From IMG/VR virus record IMGVR_UViG_3300045971_000577, positions 1 through 64,000 of that record: a stretch of DNA of 64,000 nucleotides; one strand, written 5' to 3'. Both the position numbers and the translations under genes were made by a program. The notes under the pieces are model-generated. The model was not told the DNA's origin, made no database searches, and saw nothing but the letters and a program-made list of their open reading frames with translations. Shown here in pieces: positions 32,415 through 42,480 of the stretch; positions within the stretch are counted from its first letter, which is position 1, and each line of letters opens with the position of its first letter.

Positions 32415-33113
32415 TACTCGAATGGGATGGGTTCAACCGACCAATGCGAATCGCTGTCCATTGTGTCCAGGTCTTCCCGTTCCTGTGCAGATAGTGTGCT
32501 CACGAAATCATCGTTGACTTTCGATAACGCTGCGAAATACGCCCTGTTCTTTTCCTGTAGGTCGGCAACGGTATTTTCATTCCACACCTTTACCTGCCTG
32601 AGCTGTTCCTTCTGCTCGGCAGTCCATGACTTCCTTGGACCAATGAAGTTTGGTTCCGGCTTGGGATAGTTTCGCGGAGCACGAGCCATAGGGTTGGCAT
32701 CCCGCCATGCTTGATTTACCAGGAGACTCTTTTCGTAGATCTCGTCGCGCTTTTTCTTTCTATCGTGCATACCCATCACAAACAATTCCGCATCTTCATG
32801 CATGCCAAATGCCTTCACGGGCGTTTCGCGATAGTCGTCGTAGGAACCTGAACAACACAGGACAAGGTAGATTTCCTTCATTTTAGTTTTTCCAGCTTTG
32901 CAGGATGCCCAATACCGATATCGAGCGCAGTGAGTTTGGACATGGTTGTCAGTACTGGGATTGTCAAGCAGGAATATACCGCAAACGACTCGACGTCTGT
33001 AGACGCGTCTAGCAGCAGGAGCATCCGCTTTAATCCGGCGTCTGTAGCAGCAAGACAGAGCTCTTGCGAGCCCTGCCGTTGTGTGTAGTTGACGACGATT
33101 TTGTAGCTGCGAC

Positions 33114-33557
33114 TCACACCAATCCCTTTAATGAAAGATACATATGATGGTACTTTTCCATACGCTTGACATCTTTCTCGGTAACTCCCTTCAACCGACG
33201 GATATCGCTGTTGTGACGTAAGTCGGCCAGCTTGACATGGATGGCATCGGGGTTGGCCTTTATGCGTTCCAAGTATTCGTCGTTGGTTTCGCCCGGCACT
33301 TTTGTCATAGCACGAATGCCGTCGATTACTCGTTCGGAGAAACCAGCTACTCGGAGATCCTGATAAGTCACCTCGGTATCTTCCACCAGATCGTGACCGA
33401 GCGCAATGATGTTACGTTCTTCGTCATCGCTGCGGGTGTAGTGCATTACTTTCAGGCAATGCATTGCATACGGAACGCCACCCTTGTCAGACTTGCCATC
33501 AAACTTGGTGGCAACCAGAACGAGCATTTTGTTGAGACCTTCGCCGCGCTTCATCAT
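33114..33557 (-). CDS. HD-domain hydrolase, SpoT/Mesh1 (ppGpp hydrolase)-like
   Basis: PYAMH, HDLVEDT, VKLADLRHN. Confidence 0.85.
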   Translation of the reverse strand: MMKRGEGLNKMLVLVATKFDGKSDKGGVPYAMHCLKVMHYTRSDDEERNIIALGHDLVEDTEVTYQDLRVAGFSERVIDGIRAMTKVPGETNDEYLERIKANPDAIHVKLADLRHNSDIRRLKGVTEKDVKRMEKYHHMYLSLKGLV

Positions 33558-34108
33558 GTGATTCTCCTATATGCCTATTATAGCAGCATAGTCGAGATGC
33601 GTCAAGGCTGAGATAGATAGGTAATAAGATAGTCGAGAATCTCTTCAGTCTGTGGCATCCTCGGCAAATCAGCATGAATCTTGGACTTAATAGTCTTCAG
33701 CTCATAGAGAAAGACTGCAAGTTCGTCATTCGAATATACCTTGTGTGCATCAACAGAAAATCTCTGAGACGAAGATTCGACTATTCCGAAAATATCTAAT
33801 GCTTCTTGTGCATTACGATTGATTAGCACTTCGAGTAATCGAGCTTGCTGAGATATGTTAATTTCATCCAGCCGCATTTACTGATTTCTTTTCAGCTTTA
33901 ATCCTGATATCAGCGGCGAGCAACTTTGCCTTCAGTTGTTGAAGAGAGGTAAGCACTTCGCGAGCAGCGGTGATTTGATCGGGCAACGGAATATCATTCC
34001 GTGGTTCTGTTTTCTTATCATTTAATTCGCAAAGTGGTGTCATAACATGCTCTCCTATATACTATTTATCAACATATGGCACATTATAACATAGACATTC
34101 GTAATAGT

Positions 34109-34669
34109 CTATACTACAACCAGGCTCTTGCCACCAGCCCAAACGCAGTTCGCGTCAATCAATCCACCCTTCAGGATGGTTGCGGCGTCGATGATGTTTT
34201 CCATACAGCCGGTAGTGATCTCGAGTTCGAAACCACGCGGGTCCAGGATGCGCCACAGCTTGTTGGAAGTGGAGTATCGGCTCACGGAACGCTGAACTAC
34301 GAAACCAGGCAGTGGCGTATTGTCCAGCAGCATTGGTTGGGGATCGGCAAATTCACCGATGATGATCTTATTCGGCGGCCATTGGCCACGTGACGCGGAT
34401 CTGTCGTATTTCCATCCGCTGATCCAGAGATGGCCACCGCGATCTTCGCACTTGAAGTCGTTGATGTATTCCTTGTAAGCCCATTCGCGCTGGGTGTTGT
34501 GTTTGTTGTCATCCGGCTTTTTGGGGTTCCACGGATGCAGGAAGCCGAGTGGAGGTCCGTAGCCGGTGGGGATTGCAACACCATTCGCATCACGGTTATC
34601 GTAGTTGTCGTAGATGGGTTGCTTCTTCGCCGTGACATAGACTTGCGCGGGGATTTTGATTTTGGACAT
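34109..34669 (-). CDS. Hypothetical phage protein
   Basis: Long ORF with RBS; DPRGFELEI. Confidence 0.75.
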   Translation of the reverse strand: MSKIKIPAQVYVTAKKQPIYDNYDNRDANGVAIPTGYGPPLGFLHPWNPKKPDDNKHNTQREWAYKEYINDFKCEDRGGHLWISGWKYDRSASRGQWPPNKIIIGEFADPQPMLLDNTPLPGFVVQRSVSRYSTSNKLWRILDPRGFELEITTGCMENIIDAATILKGGLIDANCVWAGGKSLVVV

Positions 34670-34883
34670 TGGTGGGTTCTCCTATTGACGAAAGGGGCCC
34701 GAAGGCCACTTTGGTTCACATCAGTACCGCGGAAACGGAAATCTGATGTATTCGATGAGTTTGCCGATTGCCATCACAGCAAACCCTACCTCGTATCCCG
34801 CCCTGTACATGATACAGTACAGCAGGCTCGGTGTCTCGGTTGCCATGATGGTTCACAGTAGTGGGGCTTTCGCCCCACTCTGT

Positions 34884-35384
34884 TTACGCGACAGCTTCGG
34901 GCTGCGCTTCAGCAGCAGTGGCCACTTCGGCTTCGGCTTCGGCTTGCGGCAGCACCAGCTCGGTGGTCGCCGGGGCTTCAGCAGCCGGGGCGGCCTCGGC
35001 GGTCACTTCGGTCTTGGCGCGGTTCTTGGAACCTTGGGGGCGGCCACGCTTGGCACCTTCGGCCTTGGCGGGCTTTTCCTTCTTCGGGTCGCGGCCCAGG
35101 CCAACTTCGGCGTCGGCAGTTTCAGCAGCCTTTTTCGCAGTGTTGTACATCGTCGCAGCGGACGCAACCGACACGCCCAGGGTGGTCGTGATGCCCGTCA
35201 GCACAGCGGCGCGGAAGGCCTTGTTGGAGTCGAACTTGCCGGCAGCGCGATCAGCCAGTGCTTGGGCGAAGATGACGTCGGCCTGGCTCTTCTTGCTCGG
35301 TGCCTTGGGCGCAGCGGGAGCGGCAGCAACGGCTGCAACAGTGGTGACTTCGACGGTAACGGGGGTCTGGGTAGCTTGGTTCAT
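34884..35384 (-). CDS. SLAxAATHYN family protein, Ala/Lys-rich with AT-hook-like KRGRP
   Basis: AFRAAVL..GVSVASAATMYN..VGLGR; KRGRP. Confidence 0.8.
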   Translation of the reverse strand: MNQATQTPVTVEVTTVAAVAAAPAAPKAPSKKSQADVIFAQALADRAAGKFDSNKAFRAAVLTGITTTLGVSVASAATMYNTAKKAAETADAEVGLGRDPKKEKPAKAEGAKRGRPQGSKNRAKTEVTAEAAPAAEAPATTELVLPQAEAEAEVATAAEAQPEAVA

Positions 35385-36149
35385 GGTAGGTTCCTTGTGT
35401 ATGTGTAACCAGTAGACTGATGTTTTGGGCCTATCCCTAACATCACAACTCTATTTTGCACTAAGCCCTGGGGTCTGTCAACCTCTGGCTAAACCTGCGT
35501 GCTCAGGTCGCTAACAGCAAAGTCTTGGTCGGCAGATGCTTTCACCCAACGGCTGGCCTTGTGATTTTGGTCGCAGCCTTCGGGCGAACAGAAGAGCCAC
35601 GGACCTTTTACGCCCGGGGCAAACAAAATGGTCTCGGTCACAGCGAAAACAACCCAGATCGGGCCGTGGTCCCTGACGCGATTCTTTCCCTTTTGGGTGA
35701 GGCCAGTCAGCTTGATTTTTTTGCCGAGGAGTGACATTTGCTTTCCTTTTTGATGTATTGGATATGTGGTTCGCCATTTTTCCATGGACCCCACCGAACG
35801 ATCACTTGCATTATACGCACCCACCCCCAATCAGAGCGAAGGGCCCAGGTAACGTGTGTACCTCGAAGCTTGAATCTGGTTTTAAACCTATTCGGGGGTA
35901 TTTTTGTAGTAGTCACGATAATCGCCATGTCTTGGCTGTAATACGCATGTTTCTACTTTGTGCAGTATGTGATATCGATAAGCAAATGTTATTGCGAATG
36001 CAAGATTATCGTGTTCATAGAGAGTTTCGCCGAGGTGAAATAGTGCGAACCTTGGATCGAGCAGATAAACTTCGTATTCCATTAGATAATCTACTACGAG
36101 AACTTGTGCATAGTATGCAATAGATCTCGTAGTAAGTCAATCTTATCTT

Positions 36150-36803
36150 TTATGCTGGTACGAATGTCCAAGCATCAGTAGCCTTACCATAGAAATTCGG
36201 AAACCAGGCGTACGGCATTTCGAAGTATCCTTCGCGGCCCCATGTCGATCCGAATGAGTTCCGGCAGAGTATAGTGTTCGGTGTGAACACATCGTATCCG
36301 CACGCAACAACAGCGTGACCACCGAGCCATTTGTTCGATGTGTTCCACATTGGCAGGAATCCATCGTACTTTGTCCTTGAGACGAATGTATCCGGAACCA
36401 TCAGCGCAAACATCACTGGTAAGCCGAGATCTAACGAAGACTTCATTGCGGCAAGCGACGTTATTGACTGGTACGACTTGATGCGCGACCGGAGCGGTTG
36501 TGCAGTGGCATATGCATTCATATCTGGCTTCATAGTCAACACAGCCGTGCTGTATGGCCAAAACATCTCGCTCGGCGCACCGAACTGAGCGATACCTTTC
36601 ACTGCATTACGTGGTTGGCAACCGAAGTCACCACCTGCTTGATTTGCATACACTCTCGCATTGTAATACACAAACAACCGAGACAGATCGGCTACACCAA
36701 GAACAGCCTCGACCACTGACGTAGCCGCATGGGCGACGCACGAGTTTGGCGCCCCCTGTTGTTCGATTGGACCGAATTTGGAACGAAGATCTACAGAAGC
36801 CAT
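36150..36803 (-). CDS. C1A papain-like cysteine peptidase (catalytic domain)
   Basis: VDLR, QQGAPNSCVAHA, GGHAVVACGY, RNSFGSTWG..GYF. Confidence 0.9.
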   Translation of the reverse strand: MASVDLRSKFGPIEQQGAPNSCVAHAATSVVEAVLGVADLSRLFVYYNARVYANQAGGDFGCQPRNAVKGIAQFGAPSEMFWPYSTAVLTMKPDMNAYATAQPLRSRIKSYQSITSLAAMKSSLDLGLPVMFALMVPDTFVSRTKYDGFLPMWNTSNKWLGGHAVVACGYDVFTPNTILCRNSFGSTWGREGYFEMPYAWFPNFYGKATDAWTFVPA

Positions 36804-36804
36804 T

Positions 36805-36942
36805 TTATTTTTCTCCTGTGAAGATTTGGTCTCGGGCATCAGGTTCATCCTTGATCCAGCCGTTGAAAGTTTGCTCGACCGCATCTTCTGCGATCTTCTT
36901 ACCGAACAGGCTCATAAACCAAGCCACGAATGTTTGCCACAT
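36805..36942 (-). CDS. 45-aa ORF resembling the N-terminal prosegment of bacterial C1A peptidases
   Basis: Hand translation MWQTFVAWFMSLFGKK...GWIKDEPDARDQIFTGEK*. Confidence 0.65.
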   Translation of the reverse strand: MWQTFVAWFMSLFGKKIAEDAVEQTFNGWIKDEPDARDQIFTGEK

Positions 36943-37013
36943 ATAGTTATTCTCCCTAAAACGAATAAAGGACGGCCTCGGCCGTCCTTTATATTTATCA
37001 CAGCAATCTCTGA

Positions 37014-37241
37014 TCAGCGCATGAATTGCTTACGCTTTGCAATCAGGACGGCCGCGAAGCCGGCAATCATCAGTGCCCAAGTGCTTGGCTCGGGAACCGG
37101 TGGTGCTTCGGCGACTGTGAGTTCGACCCCAGCACCACACGTGGTCTGACCTTCGAACGTAGCTGGATCACACGGGGGTGCCAGCGATGCCTGGGCAGCC
37201 GAAGCCGCCAGAAGCATCAGAACGAGCAGCGACTTCTTCAT
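37014..37241 (-). CDS. Small PEP-CTERM (PEPxxWA) protein
   Basis: Signal peptide plus VPEPSTWALMIAGF..TM..KRK. Confidence 0.85.
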   Translation of the reverse strand: MKKSLLVLMLLAASAAQASLAPPCDPATFEGQTTCGAGVELTVAEAPPVPEPSTWALMIAGFAAVLIAKRKQFMR

Positions 37242-37244
37242 GGC

Positions 37245-37985
37245 TCAGGCCTTGCGAGCACGGCGTGCTGCACCGACACCGACCAGACCGAACAGCGCCA
37301 GTGCAAGGCTCGTTGGTTCCGGCACCAAAGACACGTCGCAACCGTTGAACGTTGAACATCCACCACCGGAGTTGACCGTCGCGGTAATGAAGTCTTGCTT
37401 GCTGGCCTTGCTCAGAGCCGTCGAGTACTCGAAGTCAGACAGGTACGACACGTCGTATAGGCTCGTAGTCACTGCACCATTCTGCAAGAGACCATTTGCA
37501 CGGGCAACCACGTCGGTTCCAGTCACGTTGATCACGTTGAAGTTGCCGGTCGAGACGTCGAGGTCGGTGTCGTACAACGTGTTCCAGATGGCGAGCTGCA
37601 TCGCGGCCGAGCCGGAAGCATCACCGCTGCCAGCGCCATCATTTGCGGTGAACAGCTGACCCATCTTGTCCCACGGGCTCAGTTCTGTGACGTAGTCAGT
37701 CTTGTCGTACTGGACGCCGAGACCTTGACCAGCAGCAGGGCTGTACAAGTCGACGCAGAACATCAGGAACGAGTCAGACGAACCGCTGGCTGGCTGGAAC
37801 GTGGCTTGCATGCCACCGATGTAGATTGCGCCGATGGTGTTCGAACCGACTTGGACGGTACCAGTTACTGTTGGTGAGAACTCGAAGGCACCGCGGGTCA
37901 GTGACCCCGAAGTAACGACTGGTGCAGCAGACGCTGAGAGCGTGGCGACAGCCAGTGCCAGGGAGGTGAGAAGTTTCTTGATCAT
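37245..37985 (-). CDS. PEP-CTERM protein with thioester-domain-like core
   Basis: Signal peptide; FCVDL and MQLAIW motifs; VPEPTSLAL..TM..ARRARK. Confidence 0.88.
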   Translation of the reverse strand: MIKKLLTSLALAVATLSASAAPVVTSGSLTRGAFEFSPTVTGTVQVGSNTIGAIYIGGMQATFQPASGSSDSFLMFCVDLYSPAAGQGLGVQYDKTDYVTELSPWDKMGQLFTANDGAGSGDASGSAAMQLAIWNTLYDTDLDVSTGNFNVINVTGTDVVARANGLLQNGAVTTSLYDVSYLSDFEYSTALSKASKQDFITATVNSGGGCSTFNGCDVSLVPEPTSLALALFGLVGVGAARRARKA

Positions 37986-39789
37986 TGATTGCCCTTTGTT
38001 GGGTTGAGTTTGTCTGTATGACATAATGTGCCTATCACACTACGCCACGTGAACCTTATTATGCATGTTGTAATCTGCTTTGTCAACCGCGCCGGTTAGT
38101 CGGTTGCAAAGTTGATATATTAGTTATCACCTTCACGATAAAATATGCCATTATAATGATCGCAGACCATTATTTGGCCACGGCAGCAATGATCTTGTCG
38201 AAATCTTCCTTCGAGTTGGCCATCGCCAGTTGAGCAAGACCAATGGATAGTTCTTGCATTTCTTCACCGGTTCGGTCGAACGCCTTGGCCAGTTCCGCAA
38301 CAATCTGTCTTTCGGAACTTGTTCCACCACTGGTCCTGAGAATAGTACGGAGACTTTCTGCAAGTTCCAAATTCAATGAACGACTATCGCGCAGACGTTC
38401 GATCGTCTCGACAAAGGTGGTCGGGGCACTCATGACACGCGAAACCTGCCGAGCGAAGCACCACGAATCATACCAGCCATTAGGTAACCCATTTCGCGTG
38501 CAGTGATACGAGTGGAATGAGCAGTCACCGCGCCGCTGCCGTTGAGTTCTTCTTCGAGCTGGTAGCCAAGACTGTTCTTGTCGATACTGAAATGTCCGAT
38601 TGCCATTGGTTCCTGTGAGCGAAGAAGTACGTCATTCAATCTGACGCATTGATCTCGCAAGGTGTATTTGGTGATACGCATCACATTCTGTCCATTGCTG
38701 CGGATTGTTGCTTCAGGTAGCCCTTGATTTCAAAGAGCTCGAGCTGCTTTTCGTGACCGGGAATCTCACCGGTGGCCTTGTTGCGCCATTGGGTGCCGTC
38801 AGCCACGTAGCATTCGACGATCTCGCGCCCGATGTTGGTTGTGCCAGCCTTCAGCATCATAGCCGACCATTCGAAGATGCCGGCTTCACGAGTGATGGTT
38901 ACTTCTTCAAGTCCATCCTCGTTCGAGGTAGCATGGCTGATTGAGTTGTAGTGCTTCACGCCAGTGCCTCCGGGACGTCGTCTTCAAGTCCGTTCACCAA
39001 TGCATCAATGTCAATGCCGGCCACAACTTCGACGGATATAGTCTTCCTGTTCTTGTTCACCGTGTCGATGGTGACAGGACGGTACGGCCACAGTGCGCAG
39101 GTATGTTCGCTGCGGCAGGATTCCACCTGTTCGCGCCACGTGCCGCCGGCCAGCGGGTCGTAGATACAATCCTTGCACTTGTCATTGATGGCTTTGGTTC
39201 GGCTCATGTTTGCTCCTTGATGCTTGTATTATGCGGGATCAGGCGACAAGAGTCAACTGGTGTCTTTCAACGACGCATTATGTAGTTCCACAATGTGGTT
39301 GGCAAGACGGTCACCCACATTGAAAGCAACCGCATTAGGCACGTTGTATATAGTTCGATTGGGTGAAAAGTCAGACCTCATTTCCACTGTGTCAGCAGTG
39401 TAGATTGATCCGTCGACCACCACCCATCGGACTTCAGTTATCTTCACCGGTAGGGATAACACTTCAATGCGCCAGCCGCTGCATTTGTATCAGTGTAGAA
39501 ACCGCGAGCAGACAATGCAGCCCGCATCTTGGTAGGATCGGTACTCGACTTCAACCAAATCCATGCATCCAGATCGCCCCGGGATGCGGCAGACTCAAAA
39601 AACCTCTTCAGACGAGATTCATTTTCTGCCAGGTTGTTGGCGAAATCAGTATCGGTGGCGGCCTTCAGGCCCTGTTGTCGGGTGTACATGATGCGGTCCT
39701 TGTTGCTGTGTGGTATTGTGTAGCATTGTCATGCAAAAGTCGAATGTTATATTTCGGATTGTGAAATATACCACACCTTCTTTGGTGGA

Positions 39790-40083
39790 TTACTTACTGG
39801 GAGCCACCTGGCCGGGAACCCAGTTAGGATCTTTCGGTGCCAACGGTTGATACAGATCCCAACCGATGAAGTAGATCGGCACCACCACGGTCTCGCAGAA
39901 GATGACTGACCAGAAGATGGACCAGCCGGAGATCTCGTATTGGATCGTGGGGTTCTTCATCTCGGATTCGTTGATCAGACCGTAGGTGCCATATTCCACA
40001 CCGTTGATGGTCTTGTTGTCGGCGCCGCAGGCGGTAAGCAACAGAGCGGATGCAAGGACGGCAGCAAAGAGTGAGCGCTTCAT
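39790..40083 (-). CDS. Putative lipoprotein/membrane protein
   Basis: Lipobox LTAC; hydrophobic C-terminus. Confidence 0.75.
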   Translation of the reverse strand: MKRSLFAAVLASALLLTACGADNKTINGVEYGTYGLINESEMKNPTIQYEISGWSIFWSVIFCETVVVPIYFIGWDLYQPLAPKDPNWVPGQVAPSK

Positions 40084-40140
40084 GGGATCTCCTATGTTGA
40101 GCCACTATTGTATGTGCCTTAGAGTAGCAATGCAAGAGGA

Positions 40141-40205
40141 TAAATAAGTGTAGTTCGCGGGATTGCAGTCCCCAACCACTCTAATGCTACAAGGAGCAAT
40201 CAGCT
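40141..40205. promoter_or_regulatory. Late promoter plus two-hairpin leader of a GIY-YIG gene
   Basis: TAAATA; AGTGTAGTT-CGC-GGGA/TCCC-C-AACCACTCT; TGCT/AGCA hairpin over AAGGAG. Confidence 0.75.
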
Positions 40206-40820
40206 ATGTATTTAGCCTATACTTATCTCGTCCGTAATAAGATAACAGGTCAATTCTATTATGGATTCAGATGTAAAAATGTAAAACTAAAAAGACACCC
40301 CGAAGATGATCTATGGGTGAAATATTTTACTTCATCTAAGAAAATTTCTAATCTAATTAAGGAATATGGAAAAGATTCTTTCGAATATATAATATTATCA
40401 ACGGACGTCGATCCCGATAAATGCTACACATTAGAGCAGATACTAATTTCCGAAAATATAAAGAATAAGTTATGCCTTAACGAATGTTGTCGGTTAACCG
40501 GCCGATTTTCAACAGCTGGACGCATTCCCTCCAACGAATCTAGATTAAAATCAAGTAAAACTCAGAAAGGAAGATCTAAGCTGCCCATTACAGAAGTGAC
40601 TAGAGAAAAATTAAGTACATCCACTAAGAATACATTTCTTAAGAACGGCTGTTCTGTTGAAACTAGAATAAAATTATCTCAGGCCACAAGTAAACCAGTA
40701 TGTGTTTTTGGTAACAGATACCTGTCTATGAAAGACGCAATTGATAAATTGAATCTAACTTATTGCATGTTGACCCACAGATTAAGATCTGATAAATTTT
40801 CTGATTGTTATTATCTATAA
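40206..40820 (+). CDS. GIY-YIG (Seg-like) homing endonuclease
   Basis: YTYLVRNKITGQFYYGFR, YFTSS, NUMOD-like tail; AT-rich; opposite strand to its neighbours. Confidence 0.85.
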   Translation: MYLAYTYLVRNKITGQFYYGFRCKNVKLKRHPEDDLWVKYFTSSKKISNLIKEYGKDSFEYIILSTDVDPDKCYTLEQILISENIKNKLCLNECCRLTGRFSTAGRIPSNESRLKSSKTQKGRSKLPITEVTREKLSTSTKNTFLKNGCSVETRIKLSQATSKPVCVFGNRYLSMKDAIDKLNLTYCMLTHRLRSDKFSDCYYL

Positions 40821-40823
40821 GAG

Positions 40824-40843
40824 AAAAGGCTGCCGAAGCAGCC
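40824..40843 (-). terminator. Intrinsic terminator
   Basis: Minus strand GGCTGC-TTCG-GCAGCC-TTTT. Confidence 0.8.
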
Positions 40844-41385
40844 CCTATCGATTTCGATAATAGTTACCGAAGTAACTACTCTCTGATACAACACCTTCTG
40901 CGAGTTTCCTCTCCAGTTTGTATCTTTTTCCCAATTATCTATAATTTAATCATATAATTGCATGTTATCTTGTGGCGCCCACGCCTGCACGATACCAGTG
41001 GCCGGGTTCTTAGGCCCTTGCTAAGTTATTTAGGATAGTTTGAATAAAATCTCCACTGAGGATGAGTCCTCGTTAGTTATTTCACTTCTTTTGTCTTCGT
41101 TTTACGTTTCTTTATCTATAATTTATAAACTATGTTCCATGTAGGCTCTCAATCAGTGGCCATATCCGGTTACACTGTCCTACAGCGGGCTTGGCGTACC
41201 TTCCGACTCTCAAGAGCCATAATCAGCAGCACAATATGGGTCATAGAAAAGAGATTCTACAGTGTTCCCACGCACCGGACTCATCTTCTCTACAAGCTTC
41301 GGGAACCGCGACACGATTCCCGGCAGCTTGCCCATTTCGTTGTAGTGCAACTCTTCAGTTGTGCCTATAACTACTTACTTATGCC
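40824..41385 (-). ncRNA. Candidate ~560-nt structured ncRNA
   Basis: Promoter TTGACA-17-TAAAGT (41416-41388), many stems, UUCG loops, terminator; no credible ORF. Confidence 0.5.
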
Positions 41386-42074
41386 ACACTTTACAGCATG
41401 GGCTAGTATTTGTCAACCCTTCGGTTTATTCCATTATCACTGAAGAATGGAAACTACACGGTTGCTGGGCTATTAGTCCGCTTGATGTGCAGCCCGGAAT
41501 GGGACTCAACCCATGCACCTGCTGTGGCCCGATCGATTTCTCGAACACCCCTCCATGTTTTTCTACCTGTCGGTATATCCTGGGATCCTAACCACTGGAC
41601 AAAGAACACGGACGACCTTCCATCGTCACTTGCCCGCATACTCCAGGAACCCCTAGAGTCTACATCCTGCTTCTTGGGTGGGACAGGACGATACCCTTTC
41701 GGGTAGATAAAGTTATTTATTTCCGTTCCGGTCTCGAACCGGACATCACCTACAACTTGATAGGCACAAGTTGGACACCAAAACATGCTTGCAGGGCCTT
41801 GGATGTCTATCACAACCTTGCATCCCCATTACGAAAACAAACAACATTCAGTTGGACGATCGGTACGTACCGACCACCCATCGATCTTTTTCTTCTTTCT
41901 CCATATGAGCAAAGGCTCTCTTGCTTATGTAGAAGTTCTTCTTGGCCATCTTCGCAATCAGCGTTTTGAGAGACTTCTCCAACTTCTGCCGTTCAGCTTC
42001 GATGGCAAGCTCTTCTTCGCGTGCTTGCACCAGCGCGGTGATCTTATCTTTGCTAAGTTTGATTGCAGTCATAC

Positions 42075-42480
42075 ATTCCCTTGTTGAAAAGCCCCACGGG
42101 GAATCGAAACCCCAATCGCGATGTTAAAAGATCACGACGTCAGCCTTTAGATAAGAAGATGTACAGGCCCCTTACCTATGACGGAAACTTATTGCAACAG
42201 ACTCAAAGGAACTGTCGGCACCAAGGCATTGGTCCACCGATTTCCGATCCGCCTCTTTCAACTGCAATGAAACTTGAATGGACGAGTAATTGCAGATCCT
42301 CTTCCAACCTTGTCAGTCTGTTGCAATAAGTGCCCGAGAAACTTATAGGAACTGGCGTTTAGTGGCAGGATTGCGATTCCCGAAAATCCACTATCCATCT
42401 GCCAATGGACTTGAAAACTTCCCGATGTGCAGCGGCGAAAGTCTTCTCGTCAACCAGTTCGTATAAATCCCTAACGCATG
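42075..42480 (-). ncRNA. Candidate ~400-nt structured ncRNA with tRNA-like 3' part
   Basis: Promoter TTGACA-17-CATAAT (42514-42486); perfect 17-bp inverted repeat; T-arm-like hairpin. Confidence 0.5.

Noticed and set aside
40990-41015. RNase P RNA (AGAACCCGGC word)
   Set aside because: No upstream GAGGAAAGTCC P4 partner.
42180-42400. Group I intron
   Set aside because: P/Q-like (CGGGAA..AATCCTG) and R-like (CAGACT) words occur, but there is no P3 partner and no interrupted gene, and the putative P7 is part of a 17-bp perfect helix.
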